Positions 9,495-19,622 of a stretch of 64,000 nucleotides of DNA are shown here, in pieces; position 1 is the stretch's first letter; each line of letters begins with the position of its first letter. The DNA comes from Candidatus Iainarchaeum sp. (GTDB lineage: Archaea > Iainarchaeota > Iainarchaeia > Iainarchaeales > UBA10219), in assembly GCA_018304425.1 (NCBI GenBank), contig JAGVWE010000003.1, positions 128,001 to 192,000 of the forward strand, in the 5' to 3' direction. The notes below the pieces were generated by a model. It made no database searches. It saw only the letters and a list, made by a program, of their open reading frames with translations, and was not told where the DNA came from. The position numbers and the translations under genes are program-made.

Positions 9495-11072
9495 TCAGAC
9501 TTTCTTGTCCCACGTTCCACCCACCTCGCAGACCACGAGGTAGACTTCGCCGAGGACTGCGGGTGTGGAGGACGGGATGGTGCCGGTCAAGCCGTTGGGG
9601 AAGAATTTCTGGATGCTTTTCACGTCACAGCCTTCCACCAGGCTCCCAACGGGTTTGCCTTCGATGCGGGCGCTGGTGCCCACGTAGTTGAAGCCGAGGT
9701 TGAGGTTGATGCCGAGGGGCTCGTAGAGGTGTTCGCCCTTCAACTTGTAGGTGCCGGCGGCACTGCATTCCACGTTGTAGGCCACGCCGTTCTCCATCAG
9801 GAAGTTGCGGGCGATGCTGCCCTTGGAGTGCGTGTGCCAGTCCTGGATTTCGTAGACGCTGACCTTGTCACAGGACAGTCCCTGCCTGGAAACGTCGATG
9901 AGGAAGGCCTCCGCCGAATAGTTTTCCGGGACCTTTAAGGGCAGGGAGACGTAGTTTTTCCCGGCCTTGAAATTGAATTCATACACCGTTCCCTGTGCGT
10001 CCTCGGGGATGGTTTCGTGCAGGCGGAGGATGATTTCCCGTTGCCTCAAATCCCATTCCTTGCGCGTGGTCTGGGTTTCGAAGGGGCCATAGGTGTTCTC
10101 CCGGGTTTCAACGAATAACGGCTTGAGCAGGGCGTACACCACGCCCTTTTCCTCGATGCCTTCGACTTCGAAGATGAGTTGCTTGAACAGGAGGTTCCCG
10201 AACTCGTCCACGTACCTGCGGTCGGCCCTGGAAAAGTCATCCAACGTCACTTCCACCTCGCCTTCCGGGGAAATCTCCTTGTAGAGGCCGGTCTCGTTTT
10301 CCTCGAACTTGAGGTAAAGCACGCCGCCCACGAAGTTTCCGCCCGTGGCCTCGTCGAAGAACCTCACTTTCAGGGGCAGCAAGTCCTTTTCGCGGACCAC
10401 GCGCTTGGCGATGGCCCGGTAACCGCCCGAGAGCTTGCGGAAGTCATCGGACTTGAAGGAGTGGAAGCCTTCGGCGAACAAGGTGGAGTTCGAGAACACG
10501 CCGGCATCCAGGTCCCTGATTCTTCCCACCAAATCGGTTTTCGCGTCCACGACCGTGCGGGGGATGCACTGGTCCTTCAAATCGCAGACCAGTTTTTCCA
10601 CGCGCACCGGCACTTCCCGCACCAGTTGGCCGTCCTCGTCTACGACTTCGAGGAAGAGCTTTTTGGTTTCCACGGGCCTTGGGGCCGGCGGCTTTTCATC
10701 GCCGGGCGGCACGTAGTCCGGGCCCTCGACGGGTTTCTCAGCGCCCTTCTCGTGGCGGCACTCGACTTCCTCCGTCGTGGAGTCCAGGTAGAGCACCAGG
10801 GCCTTGGAGGCGTTCTTGGCTTCCACACGGTAATAGTACTTGACGGGCATCTCCTTCTTGCACTCCGCGTCCAGCTCCTTTTTGACCGCGGAAACCGTGT
10901 CCTCGTCCCACAAGGCGATGACTACTTCGGCGTCGGGAACCGAGTCAATGGCTTCCCGCACCACGGGAATGGCGCGCACCTTTTCCTCCAAGGAGGCCTT
11001 CCCGAAGTCCGGCACGCAGCCAGCCAAAGCCACGAGGAAAGCCAGGGCAAGCAATAAAAGGGCTTTATTCAT
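9495..11072 (-). CDS. Large hypothetical lipoprotein
   Basis: MNKALLLLALAFLVALAGC leader; long ORF with coding-like bias; C-terminal GxNYV repeats. Confidence 0.75.
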   Translation of the reverse strand: MNKALLLLALAFLVALAGCVPDFGKASLEEKVRAIPVVREAIDSVPDAEVVIALWDEDTVSAVKKELDAECKKEMPVKYYYRVEAKNASKALVLYLDSTTEEVECRHEKGAEKPVEGPDYVPPGDEKPPAPRPVETKKLFLEVVDEDGQLVREVPVRVEKLVCDLKDQCIPRTVVDAKTDLVGRIRDLDAGVFSNSTLFAEGFHSFKSDDFRKLSGGYRAIAKRVVREKDLLPLKVRFFDEATGGNFVGGVLYLKFEENETGLYKEISPEGEVEVTLDDFSRADRRYVDEFGNLLFKQLIFEVEGIEEKGVVYALLKPLFVETRENTYGPFETQTTRKEWDLRQREIILRLHETIPEDAQGTVYEFNFKAGKNYVSLPLKVPENYSAEAFLIDVSRQGLSCDKVSVYEIQDWHTHSKGSIARNFLMENGVAYNVECSAAGTYKLKGEHLYEPLGINLNLGFNYVGTSARIEGKPVGSLVEGCDVKSIQKFFPNGLTGTIPSSTPAVLGEVYLVVCEVGGTWDKKV

Positions 11073-11221
11073 GGAATCCAAGTATATAATGCCTTTGGGG
11101 TTTAAATAGTTACGCCCCCCAGGCAGGCAAGAAAACGCATGGGCAAGCCTTTAAAACCTTGACGTTTCACAATTGGTATAGCGTTTTTTGCGCTGCAAAA
11201 CGGATTTTTCGAGGTGGGTTT

Positions 11222-11650
11222 ATGGCGGAAGACAAGAAACAAGTGCCCGTGGATGACGACGACGAGGGTTCCGACGAGGAACTGCCCTTTCCCCGCGCGA
11301 CCATCGTCAACATGCTGCGACAGCACCTGGACTCCGGCAAGCAAATCAAGGGCCAGGTCAAGCGCGAGATGAACATCTGGCTGGGCAGCATGGTGGAACG
11401 CATCGCCCACAAGATGAACGCGCACCCCTACACCTACGTGGACGGCAGCATGTTCCGCGAGTCGATAGAGCCCTACGAGGCCATCCAAGAAATCGAGAAA
11501 GAAAAAGAACGCATCATCAAGCAGCTGGAATCCGTCAAAGCGGCCTGCGACGTGCTCATCAGCGAAGTCGACCGGAAATTCGTGTTGAGAAGCGGTTTCG
11601 CCACCGAGTACCAGAAGGAAAAGGAAGCGGCCGCAAAGGGGAAGAAGTAA
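11222..11650 (+). CDS. Histone-fold protein with acidic N-terminal tail and C-terminal coiled coil
   Basis: ELPFPRATIVNMLR resembles histone/NF-Y helix 1; long helix 2; heptad C-terminus; GAGGTGG SD; T-rich terminator follows. Confidence 0.65.
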   Translation: MAEDKKQVPVDDDDEGSDEELPFPRATIVNMLRQHLDSGKQIKGQVKREMNIWLGSMVERIAHKMNAHPYTYVDGSMFRESIEPYEAIQEIEKEKERIIKQLESVKAACDVLISEVDRKFVLRSGFATEYQKEKEAAAKGKK

Positions 11651-11684
11651 AAACTTCCCTTTTCTTACCTATTTTTTAAGCCAG

Positions 11685-12044
11685 TCAATAGCTGCGCTTT
11701 GCAACCAGTTCGTAAAAGAAGATGTCCATGCAAAAGGCGCGTTGCCGCATGTAATGGTCAAACTCTTGCGCTGTTTGCCGTCAGGTTATCCTCAAGCCGG
11801 CAGCGTCATGCAGATTCCTGTGAAGCGAATCCAAGAACTGGCTCCGCAAGGCAGCGCGCCGCCAAGCTGAAATTTCGCCTCCCTGGTGGGCCAGAAAGTT
11901 CGCCTGGCGCTCCAATTCATACCAAGAGGAAGCAGGCCGGCCAAACACTTCCCGGATGCCCGCAGCCAGAGTGGCACGACGGGCTTTCCGTTCCCTGCGT
12001 ACGGCCTTGAACGAGGCCATTCGCTTCCTGAGGTTCAATCGCAT
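11685..12044 (-). pseudogene. Arg-rich orphan ORF with in-frame TGA at 11781-11783
   Basis: 87 codons to TGA, then 31 more sense codons in frame to TGA at 11685; TATA-like box upstream. Confidence 0.4.
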
Positions 12045-12083
12045 GCATTACAATTGGGGCCCGAAAAATAAAAGGTTATATGT

Positions 12084-12341
12084 TCAGCCCCCGAAAACAA
12101 TCCGCTCGATGTCGGCCTTCCGATGGACATTCAGCGAAACCTGCAGGCCGTAGTGGGCGGGTTTCGGCACGATTAAGCCCTCCTTAACGAGCTTGTCGAG
12201 TTCCTCCTCAACGTCCTTTCGCTGGTCCTTTGGCAAGCCATGCGCAATCAGTTCATAGTCCAAGTGCTTGCCGCCCCATAGGTTCTTTCTAACCATTTTG
12301 TTGAGAATCCACCAGCGAAGCTTCGAAGAAGGAAGTTTCAT
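12084..12341 (-). CDS. Small winged-helix-like hypothetical protein (WGGKH motif)
   Basis: Coding-like 85 aa; VEEELDKLVKEGLI wHTH-like helix. Confidence 0.7.
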   Translation of the reverse strand: MKLPSSKLRWWILNKMVRKNLWGGKHLDYELIAHGLPKDQRKDVEEELDKLVKEGLIVPKPAHYGLQVSLNVHRKADIERIVFGG

Positions 12342-12393
12342 TTATTGATACATAAAGCGTTAAATATTTAAACTTTGCCAACATACAGCTAAT

Positions 12394-12418
12394 TAGACAA
12401 ACCGCAGGCGTTTGTCTA
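12394..12418. promoter_or_regulatory. Palindromic operator-like site in divergent promoter
   Basis: TAGACAAAC-N7-GTTTGTCTA perfect 9-bp inverted repeat. Confidence 0.6.
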
Positions 12419-12434
12419 CTTAAAGGTCGTTCGC

Positions 12435-12779
12435 ATGAAACAAATTCCCAATTCCCTGTTCGTCGAGTTCCTCGGAGATTACCCCCTTATTCGGGTGCTG
12501 GACTTCCTGATTGAGAATCGCATCTTCGACTACTCTAAGAAGGACATCTGCAAGTATGCTGACGTCTCTTGGAACACGCTGGAAGACTTCTGGGACGGCC
12601 TGGAAAAAAACGGCCTGGTGACCCACACCCGCAAGGTCGGCAAGGCCAACATGTACAAGCTAAACACGGCCAACCCCATGGCAAACCAACTCATCGAATT
12701 GGACAAAGCACTGATGAAGCAAGCCATGGATAAACTAGACGAGCACGAGAAAGTCAAGATTGTGGCGCGCAGCCACTGA
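12435..12779 (+). CDS. Winged-helix HTH transcriptional regulator
   Basis: P.IRVLDFL...DYSKKDICKYADVSWNT...LEKNGLV.HTRKVGKANMYKLN. Confidence 0.8.
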   Translation: MKQIPNSLFVEFLGDYPLIRVLDFLIENRIFDYSKKDICKYADVSWNTLEDFWDGLEKNGLVTHTRKVGKANMYKLNTANPMANQLIELDKALMKQAMDKLDEHEKVKIVARSH

Positions 12780-12893
12780 TTGGATATGAAACGAACGGAA
12801 GAAGACGAAGCGTGGGAACTCTTTGCCTGCCTATCCATGCGGCGCGCATGGGGCAAAACGGACCAGATTTGGGATAAAATCGCGGCAGAAGAC

Positions 12894-13457
12894 TTAGCCA
12901 AGTAATTCCTCTATTTTCCGCGCCACCATGCTCTCCGTGTTCCGGAACAGGAACGCCTCCACGGTGGAACCGTTGTGGCACTTGCGCACGTAGCTGGCTT
13001 TCTCGAAGTCGAGGATGCAGACCGTGTGGTCGGGGCGCACCAGGATGTTCCGCCCGCGCCCGGCGAGCTGACCATGGTCCACGCCGATTTTGTCGAGCTT
13101 TTGCGCCTGCTCCTGCAGGGAGGCGATGACTTTCTGCAGCAGGGCCTTGTCCGGCTTGCCTTCGAGGAACTTGTCGAAGGTCTGGCCCTCGACGAACTCC
13201 AGCAGCAGGCAGCGTTCCTCCTTGTCGAAGCCGATGAGCTTGGGGCCGATGCCGGCGCGGTTGGCCAGGGAGAGGCAGGCCGCCTCCTGTTCGACCATGA
13301 AGCGCCGCGTGGACTTGTCCCGCTCGGCCTTGAGGGCAAAGGCCTTGCCCGCCTTGTCGTGGACGAGGTAGACCTGGCTGGAGTAACCCTTGGCCAGGGG
13401 CTTGCCCAGCATAAGGTGACGGGCGGCGCAGAAGGCCTGGACGCGTTCCGAGTGCAT
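12894..13457 (-). CDS. Archaeal atypical Ser/Thr protein kinase (RIO/Bud32-like)
   Basis: LAKGYSSQVY P-loop, ALK, HGQL...NILV catalytic loop, ILDFEKA. Confidence 0.8.
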   Translation of the reverse strand: MHSERVQAFCAARHLMLGKPLAKGYSSQVYLVHDKAGKAFALKAERDKSTRRFMVEQEAACLSLANRAGIGPKLIGFDKEERCLLLEFVEGQTFDKFLEGKPDKALLQKVIASLQEQAQKLDKIGVDHGQLAGRGRNILVRPDHTVCILDFEKASYVRKCHNGSTVEAFLFRNTESMVARKIEELLG

Positions 13458-13481
13458 GCAGGGAATGAGGCGGAAAGGGCT

Positions 13482-14450
13482 TTAAGTCCCTTCCTTCAAG
13501 TAGGGCTCCAGCAGGCGTGCCCAAGCCATCGAAAGTTTATAGTATTCGTCCGGGCAACTCTCCGCACGCTCCGCAGGCAAAACCTCGTCATCTATCAGAT
13601 TGGCGAAGCCCTCGGGGTTTCTGCCATACACCCAGCAGGCGATGTTGTAAAACCGCTGCTGGCCCAGGGCGTGCTCGTCCCAGAACGCCAGTTCCCCGGG
13701 CTCTTCAAGGGAAGACCACAGCATGAAGGCGGCGGCCGCATTCAAGGCAATGCCTGGCCCCGCTTCATCCCCTCTTTCAATCAGCAAAAAAGTCGCCAAT
13801 TGGTCCACGCTGTCCTCTTCGCGTCCGGTGGCCGGCAAATCCAGCAAGTGGATGAGGGCATGGCCGGCTTCGTGATAGAATATAAACTCCGTGGCAAACA
13901 AAGTGGACTTCGTGGGGTCCTCTTCTTCGGCCGTGTTCTCGGCAAACAACGCTTGCAACTCGGAGACCAATTCATAGCATAAAACAAGGGTGGTTTCTTC
14001 CGGCAAATAAAAGGCGTTGGCTTCCCCGCAGTCCTGGAAAACCACCGGAACATCCCGGGGCAACGCCACAAAAGCATTCAAGCCGTCAACGATGCCCTCG
14101 AAATGCCTGGACTCCTTCAAGTAAACCATCCACTCGTTGGCCGTGGGGTCGCTGGATTCCGCGTACCCTAGCTTGAAGTCGCCTTGGTCTTCAAACCGGG
14201 GAGGCTCCACGGCGGGGGTTTCAAGGGGCTTGGTTTCAACGGGTTCGACCGGAGTGGGCGGCGGGTTTGGAGTGGCTGGAACTCGAATCATTTTTCCCGC
14301 GGAATCGGGCCCGGCAACGGGTTCAGCAGCCTGGTCAAGGGCGTCCGCGGTTTTTTCCAGGGCCTGGGAGGCCTTCTGGAGGCCCTGGGCCGTGCAGCCG
14401 GCCAGCAAAATAAGCACGACCAAAAACAAGCCACCCCCTGGCAGGGGCAT
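13482..14450 (-). CDS. Putative metallopeptidase lipoprotein (DUF4344-like)
   Basis: LAGC leader; CGEANAFY; HEAGHALIH zinc motif; EEDSVD; DEH...QR.YN..C. Confidence 0.82.
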   Translation of the reverse strand: MPLPGGGLFLVVLILLAGCTAQGLQKASQALEKTADALDQAAEPVAGPDSAGKMIRVPATPNPPPTPVEPVETKPLETPAVEPPRFEDQGDFKLGYAESSDPTANEWMVYLKESRHFEGIVDGLNAFVALPRDVPVVFQDCGEANAFYLPEETTLVLCYELVSELQALFAENTAEEEDPTKSTLFATEFIFYHEAGHALIHLLDLPATGREEDSVDQLATFLLIERGDEAGPGIALNAAAAFMLWSSLEEPGELAFWDEHALGQQRFYNIACWVYGRNPEGFANLIDDEVLPAERAESCPDEYYKLSMAWARLLEPYLKEGT

Positions 14451-14523
14451 CCGCCTGAAAGACAAGAACATCCAAGAAGTAAGGCAATTGGGCTATATAA
14501 GCCTGTCTGGCCCCATTAACACG

Positions 14524-14572
14524 CATATCCATCAAAAAACGCGTTAGCTTTAAAAACCTTCATATCCATCAA
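14524..14572 (+). promoter_or_regulatory. Thermosome promoter: TATA box flanked by a 12-bp direct repeat
   Basis: CATATCCATCAA at 14524-14535 and 14561-14572; TTTAAAAA at 14549-14556. Confidence 0.5.
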
Positions 14573-14634
14573 TAATTTACGATTCCAATTAACCCTGATT
14601 AGGGCATTTTTGCCACTGAATGGAGGTCGATTTC

Positions 14635-16290
14635 ATGGCGGAAGCAGGACAACAACCAGTCATTTTCCTCTCTGAGGGAACCAAGCGCACCCGGGGAAGG
14701 GACGCGCAGCGCATCAACATCATGGTCGCCAAGGCGGTGGCCAACGCGGTCCGGTCAACATTAGGGCCGAAAGGCATGGACAAAATGATTGTCGACGAGT
14801 TGGGGGACATCACGATTTCCAACGACGGCGCCACCATCTTGAAGGAGATGAGCATCGACCACCCCGCGGGGAAGATGATGGTCGAAGTCGCCAAGACCCA
14901 GGATGACGAGGTCGGCGACGGCACCACGACCGCAGTAGTCTTCGGCGGCACGCTCCTGAGCAAGGCCGAAAGCCTGCTCGACGACGAGATTCATCCCTCC
15001 ATCATCGTGAAGGGCTACCGGCTCGCGGCCGAGAAGGCCCGGGAGTTTTACACGCAAATCGCGGACGTAATCAAGTTCGATGACGTCAAAACGCTGAAGG
15101 AAATCGCCATCACTTCGATGACCGGCAAGGCCTCCGAGGGCGCGGAAGAACTCGCGAACCTGGTCGTGCAGGCCGTGCGGCAGGTCGCCGAAAAGGAAGG
15201 CGACAAGATGGTCATCGACCGGGACAACATCAAGCTCGAAAAGAAGGTCGGCGCCAGCCTGCACGAGAGCCAACTGGTCAAGGGCATCATCGTGGACAAG
15301 GAAATCGTGCACTCGGGCATGCCCAAGAAAGTCCAGAACGCGAAAATCGCGTTGGTGGACTCCGCGCTCGAAATCAAGAGCACGGAAGTCGACGCCAAGA
15401 TACAGATTTCGGACCCCGACCAGTTGCAGGCGTTCCTCGACCAAGAGGAGAAGATGCTGAAGAACATGGTCGACAAGATTGTGGCTTCCGGAGCCAACGT
15501 CGTGTTCTGCCAGAAAGGCATTGACGACATGGCCCAGCACTTCCTCGCGAAAGCCGGCATCTCGGCCATCCGCAGGGTGAAGGCCAGCGACATGACGGCC
15601 TTGGCCAAGGCCACGGACGCCAAGGTCGCCACCCGGCTCAGCGACCTGGGCAAGGACGACCTAGGCTACGCGCAAAGCGTCACCGCCAAGAAAGTCGCGG
15701 GCGATGACATGGTCTTTGTCGAGGGCTGCAAGAACCCGAAAGCCGTTTCCCTGCTGGTCAGGGGCGGTAGCGAGCACGTCGTAGACGAAGCCGAAAGGGC
15801 CGTGAACGACGCCATCGGGGCAACGATGTCCGCCATCAAGACCGAGAGGGTGCTGGCCGGCGGCGGTTCCTCGGACGTCGAGGTCGCGAACAAGCTCCGC
15901 GACTACGCCAAGACGGTTGGAGGCAGGGAACAGCTGGCCATCGAGGCCTTTGCCGACACCCTGGAAATCATCCCCCGCACCCTGGCCGAAACCGCGGGCA
16001 TGGACCCGTTGGACACCATTGTCGCGTTGCGCAGCAGGCACTCGACCAAGGAAGGCAAGTACATTGGAGTGGACGTCTACAAGGGCAAGCTCTCGAACAT
16101 GAAGGACTTGCACGTCATCGAGCCCCTGGCCTTGAAGACGCAGGCCATTTCCTCGGCCAGTGAGGTCGCGGAAATGCTGTTGCGCATCGACGACATCATC
16201 GCCGGCAGCAGCAAGGGCCCACCCGGCGGAATGCCCGGCGGCCACGGCCACGGCGGCATGCCCGGCATGGGCGACATGGGCGAGATGTAA
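14635..16290 (+). CDS. ths: Thermosome (group II chaperonin) subunit
   Basis: [31 protein letters not shown]; GGM-rich tail; GGAGGT SD. Confidence 0.97.
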   Translation: MAEAGQQPVIFLSEGTKRTRGRDAQRINIMVAKAVANAVRSTLGPKGMDKMIVDELGDITISNDGATILKEMSIDHPAGKMMVEVAKTQDDEVGDGTTTAVVFGGTLLSKAESLLDDEIHPSIIVKGYRLAAEKAREFYTQIADVIKFDDVKTLKEIAITSMTGKASEGAEELANLVVQAVRQVAEKEGDKMVIDRDNIKLEKKVGASLHESQLVKGIIVDKEIVHSGMPKKVQNAKIALVDSALEIKSTEVDAKIQISDPDQLQAFLDQEEKMLKNMVDKIVASGANVVFCQKGIDDMAQHFLAKAGISAIRRVKASDMTALAKATDAKVATRLSDLGKDDLGYAQSVTAKKVAGDDMVFVEGCKNPKAVSLLVRGGSEHVVDEAERAVNDAIGATMSAIKTERVLAGGGSSDVEVANKLRDYAKTVGGREQLAIEAFADTLEIIPRTLAETAGMDPLDTIVALRSRHSTKEGKYIGVDVYKGKLSNMKDLHVIEPLALKTQAISSASEVAEMLLRIDDIIAGSSKGPPGGMPGGHGHGGMPGMGDMGEM

Positions 16291-16304
16291 CCCGCCCACC
16301 CCCC

Positions 16305-16326
16305 TATTTCTTTTTTTCTTTTATTT
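16305..16326 (+). terminator. Oligo-T archaeal terminator
   Basis: TATTTCTTTTTTTCTTTTATTT directly after the thermosome stop. Confidence 0.6.
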
Positions 16327-16331
16327 CCCGG

Positions 16332-17600
16332 TCACTCGTACCGGAGCGCGTCCACGGGATGCAAGCTCGCAGCCTGCCGGGCCGGCACCGCGCCGGCAAC
16401 CACGCCGACCACGGTGGAAAAAGCGATGGCGGCCAGCACCAGCAAGGGATTAACGACCGTGGTAATGCCTCCGCTGCTCCCCGGTCCCGGCAGGAGGCCC
16501 ACGCCCAGCAACGGCAGGGACAAGGCGATGAGGCTGCCGAGGACCGCGCCAATCACGCCGCCCACGAAACCGAACAACGCGGTCTCGATGAGGAACAACC
16601 GCAGGATTTCCTCGTTGCTGGAACCAAGTGCCTTCAGGATGCCGATTTCCTTGGTCTTCTCCAGCACCGAAGTGAACATGCTGTTCGCAATGCCAATCGA
16701 ACCCACGACCAATGAAACCGCGGCGATGGCCAGCAAGAACAAGACCAGGGTGCCGGTGACATCCGTTACCCGTTGCCGGATGGCCTCCGTGGAACTCACC
16801 GTGAAGTCCTTGTCGCGTTCCGTGACATGACGCGAAACCATGAGGCGCTGCTCAACGGCCTTCGCAGCCTCGGCCGAGTCGCTTCCCGCCACGAGCTTGA
16901 CCTGGATGCCCGTGAACTCGTCTTCCGCAATGCCTTCCAGGAGGGCCTGGGCGGTCTCGTTCACCATGAAGGCCATCGAGTCATCCGAGCCGTTCAAGGA
17001 CTCGCGGAGGATGCCGACCACGCGGAAGGACCGCTTGTTCAGCACCAACAGGTTGCCGACCGCGAGCTTCTTCTTGAAGACCTCGTTGGCAATCCGCCAC
17101 CCCACCACGACGCCATCCCGGTCGGCGGGCGTGAGATAGCGGCCCGAAGCCACTTCCGTGGTGTTGATGAGGCGCCAGGTCACCGGGTTGATGCCTTGCA
17201 CGGACACCGTGGATTCCTCGGCCAGGAACGACGCGGTCGCATTGCCCCGCACCACTTCATTGATGAACGCGACCTGGGGAATGGCTTTGAGGGCCAGCAC
17301 GTCGCGGTCCGTGAGCGGCTCACTGGACGAAGCCGCAACCCCTCCGCCCCCGGGGATGCCGCCGCCGCGGAACTCGCCGAAGGTGCGGCTGGCCCGCGAA
17401 AAGCCGGGGCTGACGTTGATGATGTCGGCTCCCAGGCCGCTCAGGCGCTGGTTGACGCTGGCCTGGGCTCCCTCCCCAATGGAGATGATGGCCACCACGG
17501 CAGCAACCCCAATGATGATGCCGAGGAGGGTGAGCCACGAACGCAGCCTCCGGTGGAGGAGACTGTTCACAGCCAGGTTCACGGAGTCTTGGAACTTCAT
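16332..17600 (-). CDS. ABC transporter permease, MacB/FtsX family
   Basis: RS.LTLLGIIIGVAAVV; GIANSMFTSVLEKTKEIGILKALG; PARQAASLHPVDALRYE. Confidence 0.93.
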   Translation of the reverse strand: MKFQDSVNLAVNSLLHRRLRSWLTLLGIIIGVAAVVAIISIGEGAQASVNQRLSGLGADIINVSPGFSRASRTFGEFRGGGIPGGGGVAASSSEPLTDRDVLALKAIPQVAFINEVVRGNATASFLAEESTVSVQGINPVTWRLINTTEVASGRYLTPADRDGVVVGWRIANEVFKKKLAVGNLLVLNKRSFRVVGILRESLNGSDDSMAFMVNETAQALLEGIAEDEFTGIQVKLVAGSDSAEAAKAVEQRLMVSRHVTERDKDFTVSSTEAIRQRVTDVTGTLVLFLLAIAAVSLVVGSIGIANSMFTSVLEKTKEIGILKALGSSNEEILRLFLIETALFGFVGGVIGAVLGSLIALSLPLLGVGLLPGPGSSGGITTVVNPLLVLAAIAFSTVVGVVAGAVPARQAASLHPVDALRYE

Positions 17601-17604
17601 GCCC

Positions 17605-18854
17605 TCACTTGCCTGCTCTCTTGCGCTTTTTCAGGTAGAGGTAGTAGGCACCGCCCACCCCGACGAGTACGACCAGTGCAGGCAGCCAGGGAAAGCCGCC
17701 CTGCCTGGCCTGGCCCATGGCCTGCCCGCCTTCCGTGGAGGGCTGCCACAGGCTCTGGGGCAGGAAGTGCACGGTTTTCTTGACGGTCTGCCGTTCCCCC
17801 GTGGTATCGGTGTAGGTTATCTCGACCTGGAGGTCGGCAAACTTGGATTCCCCTGCCGGAGGCAAGGCATTGGTTTGCAGGAAGCCGCCCTGCCGGGCCT
17901 GCCTACGCGCTTCCGCTGTCCCACTGGTCGGCTCGATGCGAAAAGAGGCAATCGTGAAGTCGCCGCGGTTGAGGTTGCCGAGCACGGCCGTGTCAAAGCC
18001 CTGCGTCGAAAAATGGGCCTGCTCGGGGATGCGCACCACGATGCCTTCCGCGTTGTTGGAGCCGATGTTCGCAATCGACAGGGAGACCTGGTTGTTGCCG
18101 GTTTCCTGGAGGCTCACGTCGAAGTCCGTCGTTCCCCCGACCACGAACCCGATTTTGGAAGTAAGCGTGTTGGTGGAAGCCGATTCGTCATTGTACGTGA
18201 TGTTCGTGTCGAAGGCGTTCACGCCCGGCGTGATGTTGGGGTCAACGGCCACCAGGAACGTGACCTCGGCCTGCTTGCCTGCTCCCAGGGAGGCGACAGG
18301 TTGATGTTGGACAAGACGTTGTTGCTGGTGTTGGACAAGGTGAACTTCACGTCCACCTTCCGACCCGGCAGCAAAACCACGGGCTCGACCTTCAATTCCA
18401 GGTTTTTCCGCGCCTTGTTGACGGGGATGGTGATGGTCTTGATGTCTTCCACTACTTCCTTTTCCACGTTTTCCGCGACGACGTTCATGCTCTTGTAGTT
18501 GATGCGGATGTTCAGGCTGTAAACGCCGGGCAAGGCGTCTTCCCTGATGCGGAACTTGAACAGGACGGTCTGCGTGATGTTGGGCCGGATGTTGTCCAGG
18601 CTGCTTTCCACGTCCAGGCCCTCGAACTCGGCCGGCAGCACCAGCTCGGCCTTGAGGTCCTTGGCCATGTTGACCATACCCTTGTTGTGGAGTTGCACGG
18701 ACAAGCTGACCGTGTCCCCCACGTACACCTCGACCGGCAGGATGGAATAGTCGTCCTGGATGTTGATGACTTTGGCCGCCTCGATGTAGGCCGCATGGGC
18801 CGGCAGCGCCAGCCACGCCAGGGCCAATAAACCGATTACTGTTTTCATCTGCAT
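17605..18854 (-). pseudogene. COG1361-type S-layer-domain protein, frameshifted near 18297
   Basis: Signal peptide and Ig-like repeats in one frame (to ...NINLS); continuation VASLGAGKQAEVTF...C-terminal TM+basic tail in another frame. Confidence 0.75.
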
Positions 18855-18874
18855 GTCCGTTCCTCCTTTGAGCG

Positions 18875-19546
18875 TCAAACAATCCGTCCATCCCTCACGT
18901 GCACTACGCGTTCCGCGTAGTCCGCGATGTCGGGTTCGTGCGTGATGACCACAATGGTGCGGCCCTGCTTCTCGTGCAAGCCGACCAAGAAATCCATGAT
19001 TTCGTCCTTGGTCGCGGAGTCCACGTTGCCGGTGGGTTCGTCCGCGAGGATGAGCGGTGGGCCAGTTGACAGGGCGCGCGCGATGGCCACGCGTTGGCGT
19101 TCCCCTCCGGAGAGCTGGGCCGGGAAATGAGTCAACCGGTGCCCAAGGCCCACCAGCTTCAAGAGCTTCCGGGCGCGTTCCCCCATTTCCTGTTCGCCGA
19201 AGTCATGGATGCGGAGGGGCAGCAACACGTTTTCGAGGACGTTGAGGGTGGGGTATAAGTTGAACATCTGGAAGATGAAGCCGATTTTGCGGCCCCGGAT
19301 ACGGGCCAACTCGCTTTCGCGGAGGCTGGAAACCGGTTGCCCATCCAGCCAGACCTCGCCCCGCGTGGGAACGTCCAGGCAACCGATGAGGTTCAACAGG
19401 GTGGACTTGCCCGAGCCGCTGGGCCCCATGACGGCCACGAACTCCCCTGGCTTGACTGCAAGGTTGACGCCCCGCACGGCCTGGACTTCGACTTCCTCCA
19501 TTTGATAGGTCTTCCAGACGTTTCGCAATTCGATGACCGGCCGCAT
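18875..19546 (-). CDS. ABC transporter ATP-binding protein (LolD/MacB type)
   Basis: [36 protein letters not shown]. Confidence 0.95.
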   Translation of the reverse strand: MRPVIELRNVWKTYQMEEVEVQAVRGVNLAVKPGEFVAVMGPSGSGKSTLLNLIGCLDVPTRGEVWLDGQPVSSLRESELARIRGRKIGFIFQMFNLYPTLNVLENVLLPLRIHDFGEQEMGERARKLLKLVGLGHRLTHFPAQLSGGERQRVAIARALSTGPPLILADEPTGNVDSATKDEIMDFLVGLHEKQGRTIVVITHEPDIADYAERVVHVRDGRIV

Positions 19547-19583
19547 GGTTTAAATGTAGGACGCAACCCTTAATATACGTTGA

Positions 19584-19617
19584 GTGAAACCAGTTGAAAC
19601 GGGAAACGAGGTGAAAC
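19584..19617 (+). promoter_or_regulatory. Direct-repeat (T/G)GAAAC array downstream of TATA box
   Basis: GAAAC at 19586, 19596, 19603 and 19613 (spacing 10, 7, 10). Confidence 0.5.
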
Positions 19618-19622
19618 GACTG

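Noticed and set aside
16222-16287. GGC/ATG-rich tandem repeats
   Set aside because: Ordinary Gly-Gly-Met chaperonin tail
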